A model generated the notes under the pieces. That model was not told the DNA's origin, searched no databases, and saw only the letters and a program-made list of their open reading frames with translations. The position numbers and the translations under genes are program-made. A stretch of DNA of 64,000 bases, from the NCBI GenBank assembly GCA_903916755.1, contig CAIWXW010000100.1, forward strand, positions 2,026 to 66,025, read 5' to 3'. This document shows, piece after piece, positions 1 through 11,358 of the stretch (position 1 is the stretch's first letter; the number at the start of each line of letters is the position of its first letter). Origin of the DNA: an uncultured Opitutaceae bacterium (GTDB taxonomy: Bacteria > Verrucomicrobiota > Verrucomicrobiia > Opitutales > Opitutaceae).

Positions 1-1
1 T

Positions 2-1036
2 CCGGAAGTCTTTCACACCGAGCGCGGCGTGGACGTCCTGCGCAACTTCCTGGTCGGGGTGTGCAAAGCGCGGCAGGACTGGACCGTCCGCGACTTCATC
101 GAGAAGGCCGTGGCGGACATCCGAACCCAGGTCGGCGACGAGCGCGTGATCCTCGGCCTGTCGGGCGGGGTCGATTCGTCGATCGCGGCCGCCCTGATCC
201 ACCGGGCGATCGGCCAGCAGCTGACCTGCATCTTTGTCGACAATGGGCTCCTGCGGCGGGGCGAGCGCGAGAGCGTGGACGCCCTCTATCAGCGCAACTT
301 CAAGCTGGATGTCAGGATTGTCGACGCCTCCGCGGTCTTCCTGCGCCGCCTGAAGGGCGTGGCTGAGCCGGAGCGGAAGCGGAAGATCATCGGACGGACC
401 TTCGTCGAGGTGTTTGAAAAATCGCTCAAGTCGGTCGGCCCGGCCGGCTTCCTGGCGCAGGGCACCCTCTATCCGGACGTCATCGAGAGCGTGGCCATCG
501 GGGCGAACCCCGCGGCCCTCATCAAAACCCACCACAATGTGGGCGGATTGCCGAAGCGGATGAAGCTCAAGCTGCTCGAGCCCTTGCGCGAACTGTTCAA
601 GGACGAGGTGCGCCGGGTGGGGGCCGAGCTGGGCCTCCCGCGCGAGGTCGTCTGGCGCCAGCCGTTCCCGGGTCCGGGTTTGGGCGTGCGGGTGCTGGGC
701 GAGATCACGCGCGACAAGCTGGAGATCCTGCGCGGCGCCGACGCCATTCTCCAGGAGGAGATGATGACGAGCGGCTGGTACTGGAAGGTCTGGCAGTCGT
801 TCTGCGTCTTCCTGCCGGTCAAGTCGGTCGGCGTCGTGGGCGACGAGCGCAATTACGCCTACGTGATCGCTTTGCGCGTCGTGGAGAGCATCGATGCCAT
901 GACGGCGGACTGGACCCGGCTGCCCTACGATCTGGTCCGGAAGATCTCCAGCCGGATCACCAACGAGGTGCGGGGCGTGTCGCGCGTCGTCCTCGACGTC
1001 AGTTCCAAGCCGCCGGCGACCATCGAATGGGAGTGA
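2..1036 (+). CDS. guaA: GMP synthase (glutamine-hydrolysing), 5'-truncated by the window edge
   Basis: The frame is open from nt 2 (PEVFHTERG... is the end of the GATase domain). It has the ATP-pyrophosphatase P-loop LSGGVDSS and the typical C-terminus ...[11 protein letters not shown]. Confidence 0.93.
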   Translation, partial: PEVFHTERGVDVLRNFLVGVCKARQDWTVRDFIEKAVADIRTQVGDERVILGLSGGVDSSIAAALIHRAIGQQLTCIFVDNGLLRRGERESVDALYQRNFKLDVRIVDASAVFLRRLKGVAEPERKRKIIGRTFVEVFEKSLKSVGPAGFLAQGTLYPDVIESVAIGANPAALIKTHHNVGGLPKRMKLKLLEPLRELFKDEVRRVGAELGLPREVVWRQPFPGPGLGVRVLGEITRDKLEILRGADAILQEEMMTSGWYWKVWQSFCVFLPVKSVGVVGDERNYAYVIALRVVESIDAMTADWTRLPYDLVRKISSRITNEVRGVSRVVLDVSSKPPATIEWE

Positions 1037-1068
1037 GGGTTGGAGGCGGCGGGCGCCACCGAACGGTC

Positions 1069-1217
1069 GGGTCCTGATTTGCCGGAAGGGGCTATCCGCG
1101 TCTGGTTTTGGCCGAGGCCCGGAATCGCCGTCAAGCCGGCCGCCCCGGGCGACGGCCCCGAGACGGCGAAGAGGCCAAAAGGCCGCTGCGATAGCCCCTT
1201 CCGGCAAATCAGGACCC
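1069..1217. repeat. Perfect 28-bp inverted repeat (1069-1096 / 1190-1217) around a 93-nt spacer; MITE-like or long-hairpin element
   Basis: GGGTCCTGATTTGCCGGAAGGGGCTATC is matched exactly by its reverse complement GATAGCCCCTTCCGGCAAATCAGGACCC. The spacer has further symmetric pairing: TTTTGGCC 1106-1113 with GGCCAAAA 1173-1180, and GCCGTC 1127-1132 with GACGGC 1151-1156. Confidence 0.85.
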
Positions 1218-1263
1218 TACCCACCGGGCTTGAACTTTGGCCGGAGATGGGACGTAGTGGGGG

Positions 1264-2202
1264 ATGCATCGAATTATGCAGCTTTCCCCCCTCCTGGCCC
1301 TCCTGGTCTTCCCTTTGGCCGTTCGCGCCGATGAACCGGCGATTATCGCCAAGGCCCGGGCCTATCTCGGCTCCGAAGAGGCCCTTTCAGGGGTCCGATC
1401 CGTGCACCTCGTCGGTTCGTTTGTCGCGGGGACCGTGCCGGCCGCCGGTTCATCCGCTGCCCCGGGCACCGGCGCTTCTGCCTCGACCGTGGACATCATT
1501 TTCCAGCGGCCCTACCAGCACCACCTCGTGGTCACGGCAATCCAGACGGTGCCCCAGAATGCGCGCGCGACGGACGACCAGAAGGCGGGCATCGCTCCGG
1601 GCTCCGGGAACACCAGCCGCGTCATCCGGACGATCGCCCTCAACAGCTACGACGCCTGGGAGAAGGTCGAGGTGAACAACAATCCCCCGCAGCTTGGGCT
1701 GCTGGGCAAGGACCAGATCCGCGTCCTCCGGGCCGATGTTTGGGAAAATCTCGGCTATTACCGGGGTCTCGAGGCCGAGGGCGGCCATGTCGAGGACCAG
1801 GGTCCCGTGACCCAGGACGGCGTCGCCTGCGAGAAGGTCGCCTTCATCCATTCCCCGTCGGTCATCTACTACCGCTATTTTGACCGCGATACCGGCCGGC
1901 TGGTCTTCACCCAGACGATCGGCGGCCTCAAGATCCGCGAGGAGGGCATGATCGTCGTCAGCGGCATCAAGTTTCCGCAGAAGATCGTGACGGTCGAGCC
2001 CCAGTCCGCCGCGAACCCGACCCCCCGGACGACCACGCTCACGATCGACAGCGTGACGGTGAACGAGGTGTTCCCGACCAGCGAATTCTCGGTGCCGCTG
2101 CCCCCGCTGCCGGCGCGCGACCTGGTCCCGGTCTCGGGCCCGATCCAAAGCGACATTCACTTTGGCGGCGCGACCCCGGCGGCCGGCACGCCCACGCCCT
2201 GA
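1264..2202 (+). CDS. Secreted hypothetical protein (possibly LolA-like lipoprotein-sorting fold)
   Basis: N-terminal signal peptide MHRIMQLSPLLALLVFPLAVRA/DEP, with an alternative ATG at 1276. Coding-like composition. The fold suggestion is only an impression from the AKARAYLGSEEAL...VHLVGSF opening. Confidence 0.6.
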   Translation: MHRIMQLSPLLALLVFPLAVRADEPAIIAKARAYLGSEEALSGVRSVHLVGSFVAGTVPAAGSSAAPGTGASASTVDIIFQRPYQHHLVVTAIQTVPQNARATDDQKAGIAPGSGNTSRVIRTIALNSYDAWEKVEVNNNPPQLGLLGKDQIRVLRADVWENLGYYRGLEAEGGHVEDQGPVTQDGVACEKVAFIHSPSVIYYRYFDRDTGRLVFTQTIGGLKIREEGMIVVSGIKFPQKIVTVEPQSAANPTPRTTTLTIDSVTVNEVFPTSEFSVPLPPLPARDLVPVSGPIQSDIHFGGATPAAGTPTP

Positions 2203-2216
2203 GGCGCCGCGGGCCC

Positions 2217-3512
2217 ATGCTCCGTCTTCGCTTTAGCGATCGGAACTTCGCCGGCGCTCTGGCGGCGTTCTGCCGAGAGACCGCCGTGCCGGCGTCGATC
2301 GCGACGGCGGTGACCGACATCTTGACGGATGTCCGGAAGGAGGGCGATGCGGCCGTCGCCCGCTATGCGGCCAAGTTCGACGGGGCCGTGCTGCGCCCGC
2401 GCGATTTCGCGGTCCGCCCGGCGGAACTCAAGGCGGCCGCCCGGCGCCTCCCCGCCGCGGAGCGCAAGGCCCTGGCGGCGGCGGAGGCCTCGGTCGCGGC
2501 CTTCAATCGTCGGAACCAGCCCCGCGATTGGACAGGCCGGAATCCGCATGGGGCCAGGGTGGGGGAGAAATTTGATCCGATCCGGCGGGTGGGGCTCTAC
2601 GTTCCCGGCGGCCAGGTCCCCCTGGTTTCAACCGTGCTGATGACCGCGGTCCTGGCCCGGCTCGCCGGCTGCCCGGAAATTGCCGTCTGCACGCCCGCGC
2701 CGGCGAGCGGCCGGATCGCCGACGGGCTGCTGGCGGCCCTCGAGCTGGTCGGCATCACGGAAATCTACCGGGTGGGCGGGGTTCAGGCGATCGGCGCCCT
2801 GGCCTATGGCACCGCCACCATTCCCGCGGTCGACAAGATCTTCGGGCCCGGCAACGCCTATGTCTGCGAGGCCAAGCGGCAAGTCTTCGGCACCGTGGGC
2901 GTGGATTCCCTGCCCGGTCCCAGCGAACTGATGGTGATCGCCGACGAGACCGCCCGGCCGGACTTTGCCGCGGCCGATCTCCTCGCGCAGGCGGAGCACG
3001 GCTCGGGCCGCGAGAAGATCCAGCTGATCGGCGCCTCCGCGCGCGTGCTCGACGCGATCCTGGCCGAGGTCGACCGGCAGGTCCGTACGACCGGCCGCGC
3101 GGACAGCGTGCGCCGGGTGCTGGCGGACGGCTTTCTGGTCATCGAGGCGCGGTCGCCCGCGCAGGCCGCCGCCGTCGCCAACGCGGTCGCCCCGGAGCAT
3201 CTCCAGCTGCTGGTCAGGCCGGCCTCGGCCAAGGCACTGACCAAGGCCGTCACGACGGCCGGCGCGATCATGATCGGCAATTTCACCCCGACGGCCCTGG
3301 GGGATTTCGTGGCCGGCCCGAGCCACGTCCTGCCAACGGCCGGCGCCGGCCGTTTCCTCAGCGGGCTGCGCGTGGCGGATTTCCTGCGGCGGACGAGCCT
3401 GGTGGAATACGACGCGCGGAGCGTCCGGCGCGCCGAGCCCACCGTCGCCGCGTTTGCGGCCATGGAGCGACTCGATGCCCACGGGCGTTCGGTCAAGATC
3501 AGGACGACCTAG
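2217..3512 (+). CDS. hisD: Histidinol dehydrogenase
   Basis: 431 aa. Characteristic segments include GLYVPGG, IYRVGGVQAIGALAYGT, DKIFGPGNAYV, PGPSELMVIAD, AQAEHG and APEHLQL. Followed by hisC. Confidence 0.95.
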   Translation: MLRLRFSDRNFAGALAAFCRETAVPASIATAVTDILTDVRKEGDAAVARYAAKFDGAVLRPRDFAVRPAELKAAARRLPAAERKALAAAEASVAAFNRRNQPRDWTGRNPHGARVGEKFDPIRRVGLYVPGGQVPLVSTVLMTAVLARLAGCPEIAVCTPAPASGRIADGLLAALELVGITEIYRVGGVQAIGALAYGTATIPAVDKIFGPGNAYVCEAKRQVFGTVGVDSLPGPSELMVIADETARPDFAAADLLAQAEHGSGREKIQLIGASARVLDAILAEVDRQVRTTGRADSVRRVLADGFLVIEARSPAQAAAVANAVAPEHLQLLVRPASAKALTKAVTTAGAIMIGNFTPTALGDFVAGPSHVLPTAGAGRFLSGLRVADFLRRTSLVEYDARSVRRAEPTVAAFAAMERLDAHGRSVKIRTT

Positions 3513-3513
3513 C

Positions 3514-4623
3514 ATGGCGACGCCCCGGCCGCCGGCGCTGAGCCATATCGCCCAGCTGCACGCCTACACTCCCGGCTTGCAGCCGACCGAACCTGGCTGG
3601 GTGAAGCTTAACACCAACGAGTGCCCCTATCCCCCGAGCCCGCGGGTGGCGGAGGCCGTCCGCCGCGAACTCGGCGAAACGGGGGCTACGCTCCGACTCT
3701 ATCCCAACCCCCGCAGCCTCCCCGTGCGCGAGGCGATCGCCGCCCTGCACGGTCTGCGGGCGGAGCAGGTCTGCGTCGGTAACGGTTCGGATGACATCCT
3801 CAACCTGCTGGTGCGGTGCTTCTGCGACCGCGCCGCCGCGGCGGCATTCACTTGGCCGAGCTATTCGCTCTATCCGGTGCTGGTGGGCATCCAGGATGGC
3901 CGCAGCCTACAGATCGAATTCGACCGCTCGCTGCGCCTGCCGGCGGACCGCATCGCCGCCTCCGGCGCCAGCGTCTTCTTCCTGACCTCGCCGAACGCAC
4001 CCACCGGGGTGGGATTTTCCACGGCGGAGATCGAGCGGCTCCTGCATTCGTTTCCCGGGATCCTGGTCGTCGACGAAGCCTACGCGCCCTTCGCGCGCGA
4101 AAACGCCCTTCCGCTGCTGGCCCGCTATCCGAACCTCGTTGTCGTCCGCACGCTGTCCAAGGCCTATGCCCTGGCTGGCATCCGGGTCGGCTACGCCTTG
4201 GGCGATCCGGCGACCATCGACCTGCTGGACCGGGTCCGCGACAGCTACAACGTGAACCGGCTGTCCCAGGCCGCGGCCATCGCCGCCCTGGGCGATCCCG
4301 CGTACTATGAGGGCGTCATCGCCCGGATCCGGGCGACCCGGGATCGGTGCGCGCAGGGCTGGTCCGAGGGCCATGGCTGGTTTACCTATCCCTCGCAGGC
4401 CAACTTCGTCTTCACCGAGCCGAAGGACACCCGCGGGCGGGCGGGTCCCGCCATCGCTAAATCCGCCTACGACTTCCTCTGTTCCCGCCAGGTCCTGGTC
4501 CGGCACTTTCCCAGCCATGCCTTGACCGCCTCCTTTCTCCGCATCAGCGTCGGAACGGACGACGAGATGAGCGTCCTCAACCAAAGTTTCGCCGCATGGC
4601 TTCAAGCAGCACCCAACGCGTAG
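3514..4623 (+). CDS. hisC: Histidinol-phosphate aminotransferase
   Basis: ATG at 3514, directly after the hisD stop. The track ORF start at 3454 overlaps hisD. Class-II aminotransferase features: [17 protein letters not shown], and the PLP-lysine context [16 protein letters not shown]. Confidence 0.93.
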   Translation: MATPRPPALSHIAQLHAYTPGLQPTEPGWVKLNTNECPYPPSPRVAEAVRRELGETGATLRLYPNPRSLPVREAIAALHGLRAEQVCVGNGSDDILNLLVRCFCDRAAAAAFTWPSYSLYPVLVGIQDGRSLQIEFDRSLRLPADRIAASGASVFFLTSPNAPTGVGFSTAEIERLLHSFPGILVVDEAYAPFARENALPLLARYPNLVVVRTLSKAYALAGIRVGYALGDPATIDLLDRVRDSYNVNRLSQAAAIAALGDPAYYEGVIARIRATRDRCAQGWSEGHGWFTYPSQANFVFTEPKDTRGRAGPAIAKSAYDFLCSRQVLVRHFPSHALTASFLRISVGTDDEMSVLNQSFAAWLQAAPNA

Positions 4624-5201
4624 CGACCGTCTCCCGCCAGACGGCGGAGACCGACATTGTCCTTTCCCTTGCGATTGACGGCCGCGGCGCGGGCAAGATC
4701 GACACCGGCGTGGCCTTCTTGGATCACATGCTGGCCCTCTTCGCCAAGCACGGCCTCTTTGACCTGACGGTCAAGGCCAAGGGCGACACGGACGTCGACT
4801 ATCACCACACGGTCGAGGACGTCGGCCTCGTCCTGGGGCAGGCTTTCAAGGAGGCGCTGGGCGGGAAGGTCGGGATCAAGCGCTACGGATTTTTTCTTCT
4901 CCCCATGGATGAGGCGCTGGTGCGCGTCGTCGTCGACGTCGGCGGGCGGCCCCACCTGGTCTACGAAGCGGGCGCACCCACGATGTTTGTCCGCGATTTC
5001 AATATCATCCTGGTCAAGGAATTCTGCCGGGCGTTCAGCAACACCCTCGGTGCGAACCTGCACGTCGCCCTGATCTACGGCGAGGAGCCGCACCACGTCG
5101 CCGAGGCCGTCTTCAAGGGCCTGGCCCGCGCCCTGGATATGGCGACCCAGATCGAACCGCGCGCGGCCGACCTTCTGCCCAGCACCAAGGGCAAGCTGTA
5201 G
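4596..5201 (+). CDS. hisB: Imidazoleglycerol-phosphate dehydratase
   Basis: 201 aa. Contains [39 protein letters not shown]. Overlaps the end of hisC by 28 nt. Confidence 0.93.
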   Translation: MASSSTQRVATVSRQTAETDIVLSLAIDGRGAGKIDTGVAFLDHMLALFAKHGLFDLTVKAKGDTDVDYHHTVEDVGLVLGQAFKEALGGKVGIKRYGFFLLPMDEALVRVVVDVGGRPHLVYEAGAPTMFVRDFNIILVKEFCRAFSNTLGANLHVALIYGEEPHHVAEAVFKGLARALDMATQIEPRAADLLPSTKGKL

Positions 5202-5221
5202 GGATCCTCCTTCCCCCGCGA

Positions 5222-8212
5222 TCAGGGCGGCGGCTTGCCGCCCTTCTTCGCGCCCGGCACCGGCCGGGTCGCGGCCCGCGCCAGCAGGTCATGCCAGGCG
5301 GTCACGTCGATCTGCTGGAGGGTGCCGCCGAGGCGGACGGACTGGACCAGGAGGCCGTAGCCGAGCGCGTCCTTGCGGGTGGACATGAGCCCCCCCTTGG
5401 CCAGCAGTTCGGCGGTCTGGCCGCGGGCGCCGAACTGCAGTTCCAGCGCGAGGGGCTGGGCCGACAGCGGCAGCCCGGGGACCGGGCTGATGTCGCCCGT
5501 GCCGGTGAGGTGCTCATCGGCCGAAGTCAGGTTGAGGGCCGTGATGCGCAGGTGGTGGTCCGCCCCGCGCACCGCGGTCACGTCCACATGATCGTAGCCG
5601 ATCTCCGCCACCTCGGTGGTGAAGATCATGACGGCCTCGGCGATCGGGCTGACGTCATTCTTCCCGCCGATGCCATCCGCCTTCGGCTTGACCTCGAGAA
5701 ATTTGCCGACCGCCGAACCCACGCTGCCCAGGGCGTCCCGCATCGGGCTGGCGATTTCCGGGATGGATTCGGCCACGCTCGTCTTGAGGAATCGGATGAT
5801 TCCATTTTCCCCGGTGATGTGGTATTCCTCGCGGGCCCGCGCCCGCAGGTCCGCGAAGCGCGCGCCGGAGGCCGTGAGCCGGCGCTCCACCGCGAAGTGG
5901 CCAGCGACGACGGGATCCTGCCCCGCGGGCGTCGACCAAAGCGACGAGGCGTCCACCCGGTCGATGCGCGTCAGTCCCTGGAGGGCATAGGGCGCGGCCA
6001 GGGTGCCATCAAAGGTGATGGCGCCCTCGGCATGAGCGAGGGTGCGGTCGGGCAGCGAGCCGTGGCCATTCTCCAGCTGGAGTTTCCCGGGCTCGGCCTC
6101 GAGCACGCCATAAACACCGGCAAAATTGCGGCCGAACGCGGCCAGGTGATCGAATTCCATCGTGACGCGCCCGGTCCAGGTGCCCCAAAAGGGCGCGGGC
6201 ACCGCCGGCGTGCCCGGGAGGGGCGCCCCGCCCAGGGCGGCCAGCGGGCCGGCGAGCAGGCCCAGGTGATCGAGGACGACGTTCTCGCCGGTGAGCCGGA
6301 CGTCCAGGCGATTGCCGGCGGGATCGCGCTCGAGCGTGCCGTCGGCCGCCAAGTCCGAGGTCAGGCTCCCGGTGACGGTCTTGATCGGCGCGAGGAACTT
6401 GATCCGGCCGTCTGAATCGATGCTGGCCTCGACGCTCGCGCTGACGGTATGGGCAGGATCGTCCCCGACGACCGCGACCTTGCCGTCGATCTCCGTCGCC
6501 TCGCCCAGGCTGGCGGAGAAGTCGCCGGAAGCGGTGCGGCCCGCGATCCACCCGGCGTGCGCCAGCGCCGGCTGCGCGAGCAAGGCGTGGAGATCGCCCT
6601 GCCAGGTCCCGCTGGTCACCAGCGGCTGGCCGTCGCCGGCATCGCGGGAGATCTTGCCGGCGATTGTGGCCAGGGTCCGGCCGTCGCCCCGCACGACGAG
6701 GGGTGCGGCCGCCGCGTGCCAGCCGTCGGGGCCGTTGTCGGCGGTCAGGGCCAGGGAGAGGTCGAGGCCGCGCCCGAGGGCCCGGCCATCGCGCTCCACC
6801 GTGACGCCCGCGGCGGTCAACGGCGCCAGCGTCCGCACGGCAAATCCCCCGGCGGCCGCCCGGATCATGACTTCGCCGGCGACATCGCCGCCCCGAAAGG
6901 TCACGCGGTCCGTCAGCCCGGCGAGCCATGCCAGCGGCAGGGCGCGGATGGTGGCATGGATGAAGTCCGTCTCGGGGTTGGCCACCTTGAGCCCATGCGA
7001 GGGCAGGTCATAGGAGAAGGGTTGCAGCACCTGCAGCCGCGCGAGCGGGCGGGGGGATCCCAGGTCGACCTCCAGCTGGTCGATCCGCACCGCGCTGCCG
7101 TCGCGCGCCCCGTCGAAGGTGGCCGCGAGGGCCAGCGGCCCGAAGCGGTCGAGGGTCGGGGCCAGCTCGCCCCAGTGGGTGATCGAGGCGTGCAGCTGCC
7201 CGCGCGCCTTCGCCTGCGAGAAATCCCCGTTGGTGGCGAAGCTGCCCGCCCCGGTCGCCTCGAGTGCGGGTAGCGGGCGGCCGAGCGTGAAGGGCCGCAG
7301 ATCGGGATCGCGGGCATCGACCTGCCAGTTGCCGGCGAGCAGGCCGGTGGCGAGCGGCAGCCGGGCGGCGAGCGTCAGGAGGTTGCGGGGTCCGCGGTTG
7401 AGCGTGAGCTGATAGTTTTCAGCGTCGCTTTCGCGGGTGACGCTGCCCGCGAGGGCGAGGGCCACCGGTTCCAGTAGGGCGCCGCCTTCGGCCGCCAGGG
7501 TCCCCTGGACCGTGACCTGCCGGACCGTGCGGGGTGAATCCATCGCGACGACGAGCTGCGCGTGCGCGGTCAGGGTCTTGGCCTGCAGCCAGACTTCGGC
7601 GGTCGAAGCGTCCAGCGACAGCTTGCCCTCGCGGCCGGCCGCGAGGCCGCCGCCGGTCAGGACGACATGGATGGTGACCGGCGGCCGGAAGGGTGCGGCC
7701 ACCAGGATGACGTCGCCCTCGAGTTCGAGGCCGTCCAGGGCCACATCGCACGGCAGGTGCCACGAGCTGAGCAGTCCGCGAAACACGCGGGCCGCCTGTT
7801 GGCGCGCCTGCGCGCTGGCGGGGCCCGCCGCGGGGCCGCCGGGCGGTGGAACCGCGCGGGACCGGACCGCGCCCGGGGCCGGCCGGCCGCTGAGATCGAG
7901 CGTCCAGCCTTTGGCGACCAGGCGCTGCAGCCGGAGCTGCCGGCTGCGCGCGGTGGCGATGACGGGCAGCCGGGCCTCCACGGCTGGCAGGCTCAGCACC
8001 GCGCCCGGCAGCTCGAGCTGGAGGTTTTCCGCCTGCACCTTGCCCCAGCCCACGTAGAACGCGTCGACCGAGCCATGCAGTTGCGGGTGCCGGTCGAGCA
8101 CCGCCTGGGCCAGGCGCGCCTGCACGAAGGGCAGGAAGATCACGGCCGAGAACAGGACGACCACGATGAGCGCCAGGACCAGGCAGTTCAGGAGGAGTTG
8201 GAGGAATTTCAC
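5222..8212 (-). CDS. Large N-terminally membrane-anchored protein, AsmA/TamB-like architecture (function unknown)
   Basis: 996 aa with a GTG start. It has a single N-terminal TM helix (LLLNCLVLALIVVVLFSAVIFLPF) followed by a long Ala/Gly/Leu/Thr-rich, probably beta-rich, body. No catalytic motif recognised. Confidence 0.55.
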   Translation of the reverse strand: MKFLQLLLNCLVLALIVVVLFSAVIFLPFVQARLAQAVLDRHPQLHGSVDAFYVGWGKVQAENLQLELPGAVLSLPAVEARLPVIATARSRQLRLQRLVAKGWTLDLSGRPAPGAVRSRAVPPPGGPAAGPASAQARQQAARVFRGLLSSWHLPCDVALDGLELEGDVILVAAPFRPPVTIHVVLTGGGLAAGREGKLSLDASTAEVWLQAKTLTAHAQLVVAMDSPRTVRQVTVQGTLAAEGGALLEPVALALAGSVTRESDAENYQLTLNRGPRNLLTLAARLPLATGLLAGNWQVDARDPDLRPFTLGRPLPALEATGAGSFATNGDFSQAKARGQLHASITHWGELAPTLDRFGPLALAATFDGARDGSAVRIDQLEVDLGSPRPLARLQVLQPFSYDLPSHGLKVANPETDFIHATIRALPLAWLAGLTDRVTFRGGDVAGEVMIRAAAGGFAVRTLAPLTAAGVTVERDGRALGRGLDLSLALTADNGPDGWHAAAAPLVVRGDGRTLATIAGKISRDAGDGQPLVTSGTWQGDLHALLAQPALAHAGWIAGRTASGDFSASLGEATEIDGKVAVVGDDPAHTVSASVEASIDSDGRIKFLAPIKTVTGSLTSDLAADGTLERDPAGNRLDVRLTGENVVLDHLGLLAGPLAALGGAPLPGTPAVPAPFWGTWTGRVTMEFDHLAAFGRNFAGVYGVLEAEPGKLQLENGHGSLPDRTLAHAEGAITFDGTLAAPYALQGLTRIDRVDASSLWSTPAGQDPVVAGHFAVERRLTASGARFADLRARAREEYHITGENGIIRFLKTSVAESIPEIASPMRDALGSVGSAVGKFLEVKPKADGIGGKNDVSPIAEAVMIFTTEVAEIGYDHVDVTAVRGADHHLRITALNLTSADEHLTGTGDISPVPGLPLSAQPLALELQFGARGQTAELLAKGGLMSTRKDALGYGLLVQSVRLGGTLQQIDVTAWHDLLARAATRPVPGAKKGGKPPP

Positions 8213-8369
8213 TCGTTGAGGCGGCGCCCGGTCAGACCCCGCGCCACCGGCAGAGTGTCATCGAAATCGAGCCGATCCGCCCTGTCAGCGCCTAATCCCG
8301 GTGATTTTAGCCAGCCCCCCCGCCGGGTATTTACTTCCGCCGGGCATCGGCTAATCGTGTCCTTTCGCC

Positions 8370-9032
8370 ATGACTTCCCGCCCGCCGACCATCGCGGTCA
8401 TCGACACCGGCATTTGCAACCTGCGCAGCGTGACCAAGGCCCTCGAGGCCGTGGGCGCGCAGCCGCTGGTCGTGCGGACTCCCGCCGAGCTGCAGGGCAT
8501 TGCGGCCGAGGGGCTGGTGCTGCCCGGGGTGGGGGCTTTGCGCGACTGCGTGGCCTCGCTGCGGACCAGCGGCTTCGCCGACACGGTGCGCGGCTGGATC
8601 GGCGAGGATCGCCCTTTCCTGGGGGTCTGCCTGGGCATGCAGGCGCTCTTCGAGCGCTCTGAGGAAGGCAACGTGGAGGGGCTGGGGGTCTTCGCCGGGC
8701 AGGTGCGCAAGTTTCGGCTGCCGCCGGGCTTCAAGATCCCCCACATGGGCTGGAATACGCTTCGGTTTCGCGACCCGGCCTCGCCGCTGGCCGCCGGCCT
8801 CGCGGGGACTGAATCCTTTTACTTCGTGCACAGCTTCTTCTGCGAGCCGGCGGACTCCGCGCTCGTCCTGGCCGAATGTGACTACGGCGGCTATTTTCCA
8901 GCCATCGTCGCCCGGGGCCGGGCCTTCGCCACCCAGTTTCACCCCGAAAAGAGCCAGGCCAACGGCCTGCGGATATATCGCAATTTCGCGGCGGTGGCGA
9001 CGGCCGGGACAACACCTGCAAAGGCCCGGTGA
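8370..9032 (+). CDS. hisH: Imidazole glycerol phosphate synthase, glutamine amidotransferase subunit
   Basis: Class-I GATase: IAVIDTGICN, catalytic GVCLGMQ, PHMGWN, FYFVHSF, QFHPEKS. Confidence 0.92.
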   Translation: MTSRPPTIAVIDTGICNLRSVTKALEAVGAQPLVVRTPAELQGIAAEGLVLPGVGALRDCVASLRTSGFADTVRGWIGEDRPFLGVCLGMQALFERSEEGNVEGLGVFAGQVRKFRLPPGFKIPHMGWNTLRFRDPASPLAAGLAGTESFYFVHSFFCEPADSALVLAECDYGGYFPAIVARGRAFATQFHPEKSQANGLRIYRNFAAVATAGTTPAKAR

Positions 9033-9116
9033 TCGGGGGCTTACGCTGCGGTTATATTGCCTTTCGCAGCCATCTTTGCTTTGCCAGTGGCCCTCTTTTA
9101 GCTTCGTTTAGCGGTC

Positions 9117-10415
<1,299 letters not shown>

Positions 10416-10431
10416 TCGCGGGGGCGAGCTC

Positions 10432-11358
10432 ATGCCGGCTGCTGGCGCCGATTCCGGAAGCCTCGTCGCCGGCCTCCGCGACCGGCTGCTGGCGGCGTTC
10501 TCGGGCGAGATCCACAGCCTTTATCTCCTGGGCAGCCGCGCCTTGGGCCGGGAGACGGCCGCCAGCGATTACGACCTGGCGATCCTGTTCCGTCACCCCG
10601 CTGACGCCGGGAAGCGGCAGGCAGTCGAACGATGGGCCGAGACGATCCGGCGCGCGGGCGAAGTCATGGTCGACACCACGGTCCTCGACCCGGGCGATCT
10701 GGCCGGGGGAGTCCGTCCCTACCTCAAGATCGGCCGGTGCCTGACGGGCGAGGACGTGCTGGGCGGCGCCCCGCTCCGGCCGGCGGACGAACTCGTGGCC
10801 TACTACGGGCATCTCGCCGTCTATTTCCTCTGGGCCGTGCGGGGCCGGCCGGCCGTGCTGCAGCATCCGCTGGCCTACCCGGCGGGCGGCGAGGAATTCC
10901 GGGGGTACGATCGTCAGGGGATCCGGGTGGGGGAAAACCAATATGTGCCGGGCTGCGCGCAGCTGGTGAACGATGTCTGCTCCCTCGCCAATTTTCGCAT
11001 GGCCCGCCTCGCGGGCGTCTTTTGCCCGAGCAAGAGCCTGACCGTCGCGACCTGGAGCCAGTGCCTGCCGGACGACCCCTGGCTGCCGCTCGTGCGGGAG
11101 GTCTATGAACTCGGCCGCACCCAGGGCCAGGGGCGCCTGCCGGACGCGCCGGCCGACCGGCGCCGGCTGGCGGAATGGTGCGGGGCGCTCCTGCCATTTG
11201 AAAACGAGGAGCTGACCGCCTGCCTCCTCGCGCTGCCGCGCTTCGCGGCGCTGCCCGATCCGGAACTGCGGCAGCGCACGCTCAGCATCGTGCGCGGCGT
11301 CACCTCCCGCGACCCGGCGGTGGTGGCGGCACTGGCGGCGGCGAAGGCGCTCCTGTGA
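10432..11358 (+). CDS. Nucleotidyltransferase-domain protein (pol-beta superfamily)
   Basis: ATG at 10432. The track start at 10174 overlaps gltA out of frame. NTase signature: LYLLGSRALGRETAASDYDLAILF (GS...DxD). Substrate unknown. Confidence 0.65.
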   Translation: MPAAGADSGSLVAGLRDRLLAAFSGEIHSLYLLGSRALGRETAASDYDLAILFRHPADAGKRQAVERWAETIRRAGEVMVDTTVLDPGDLAGGVRPYLKIGRCLTGEDVLGGAPLRPADELVAYYGHLAVYFLWAVRGRPAVLQHPLAYPAGGEEFRGYDRQGIRVGENQYVPGCAQLVNDVCSLANFRMARLAGVFCPSKSLTVATWSQCLPDDPWLPLVREVYELGRTQGQGRLPDAPADRRRLAEWCGALLPFENEELTACLLALPRFAALPDPELRQRTLSIVRGVTSRDPAVVAALAAAKALL

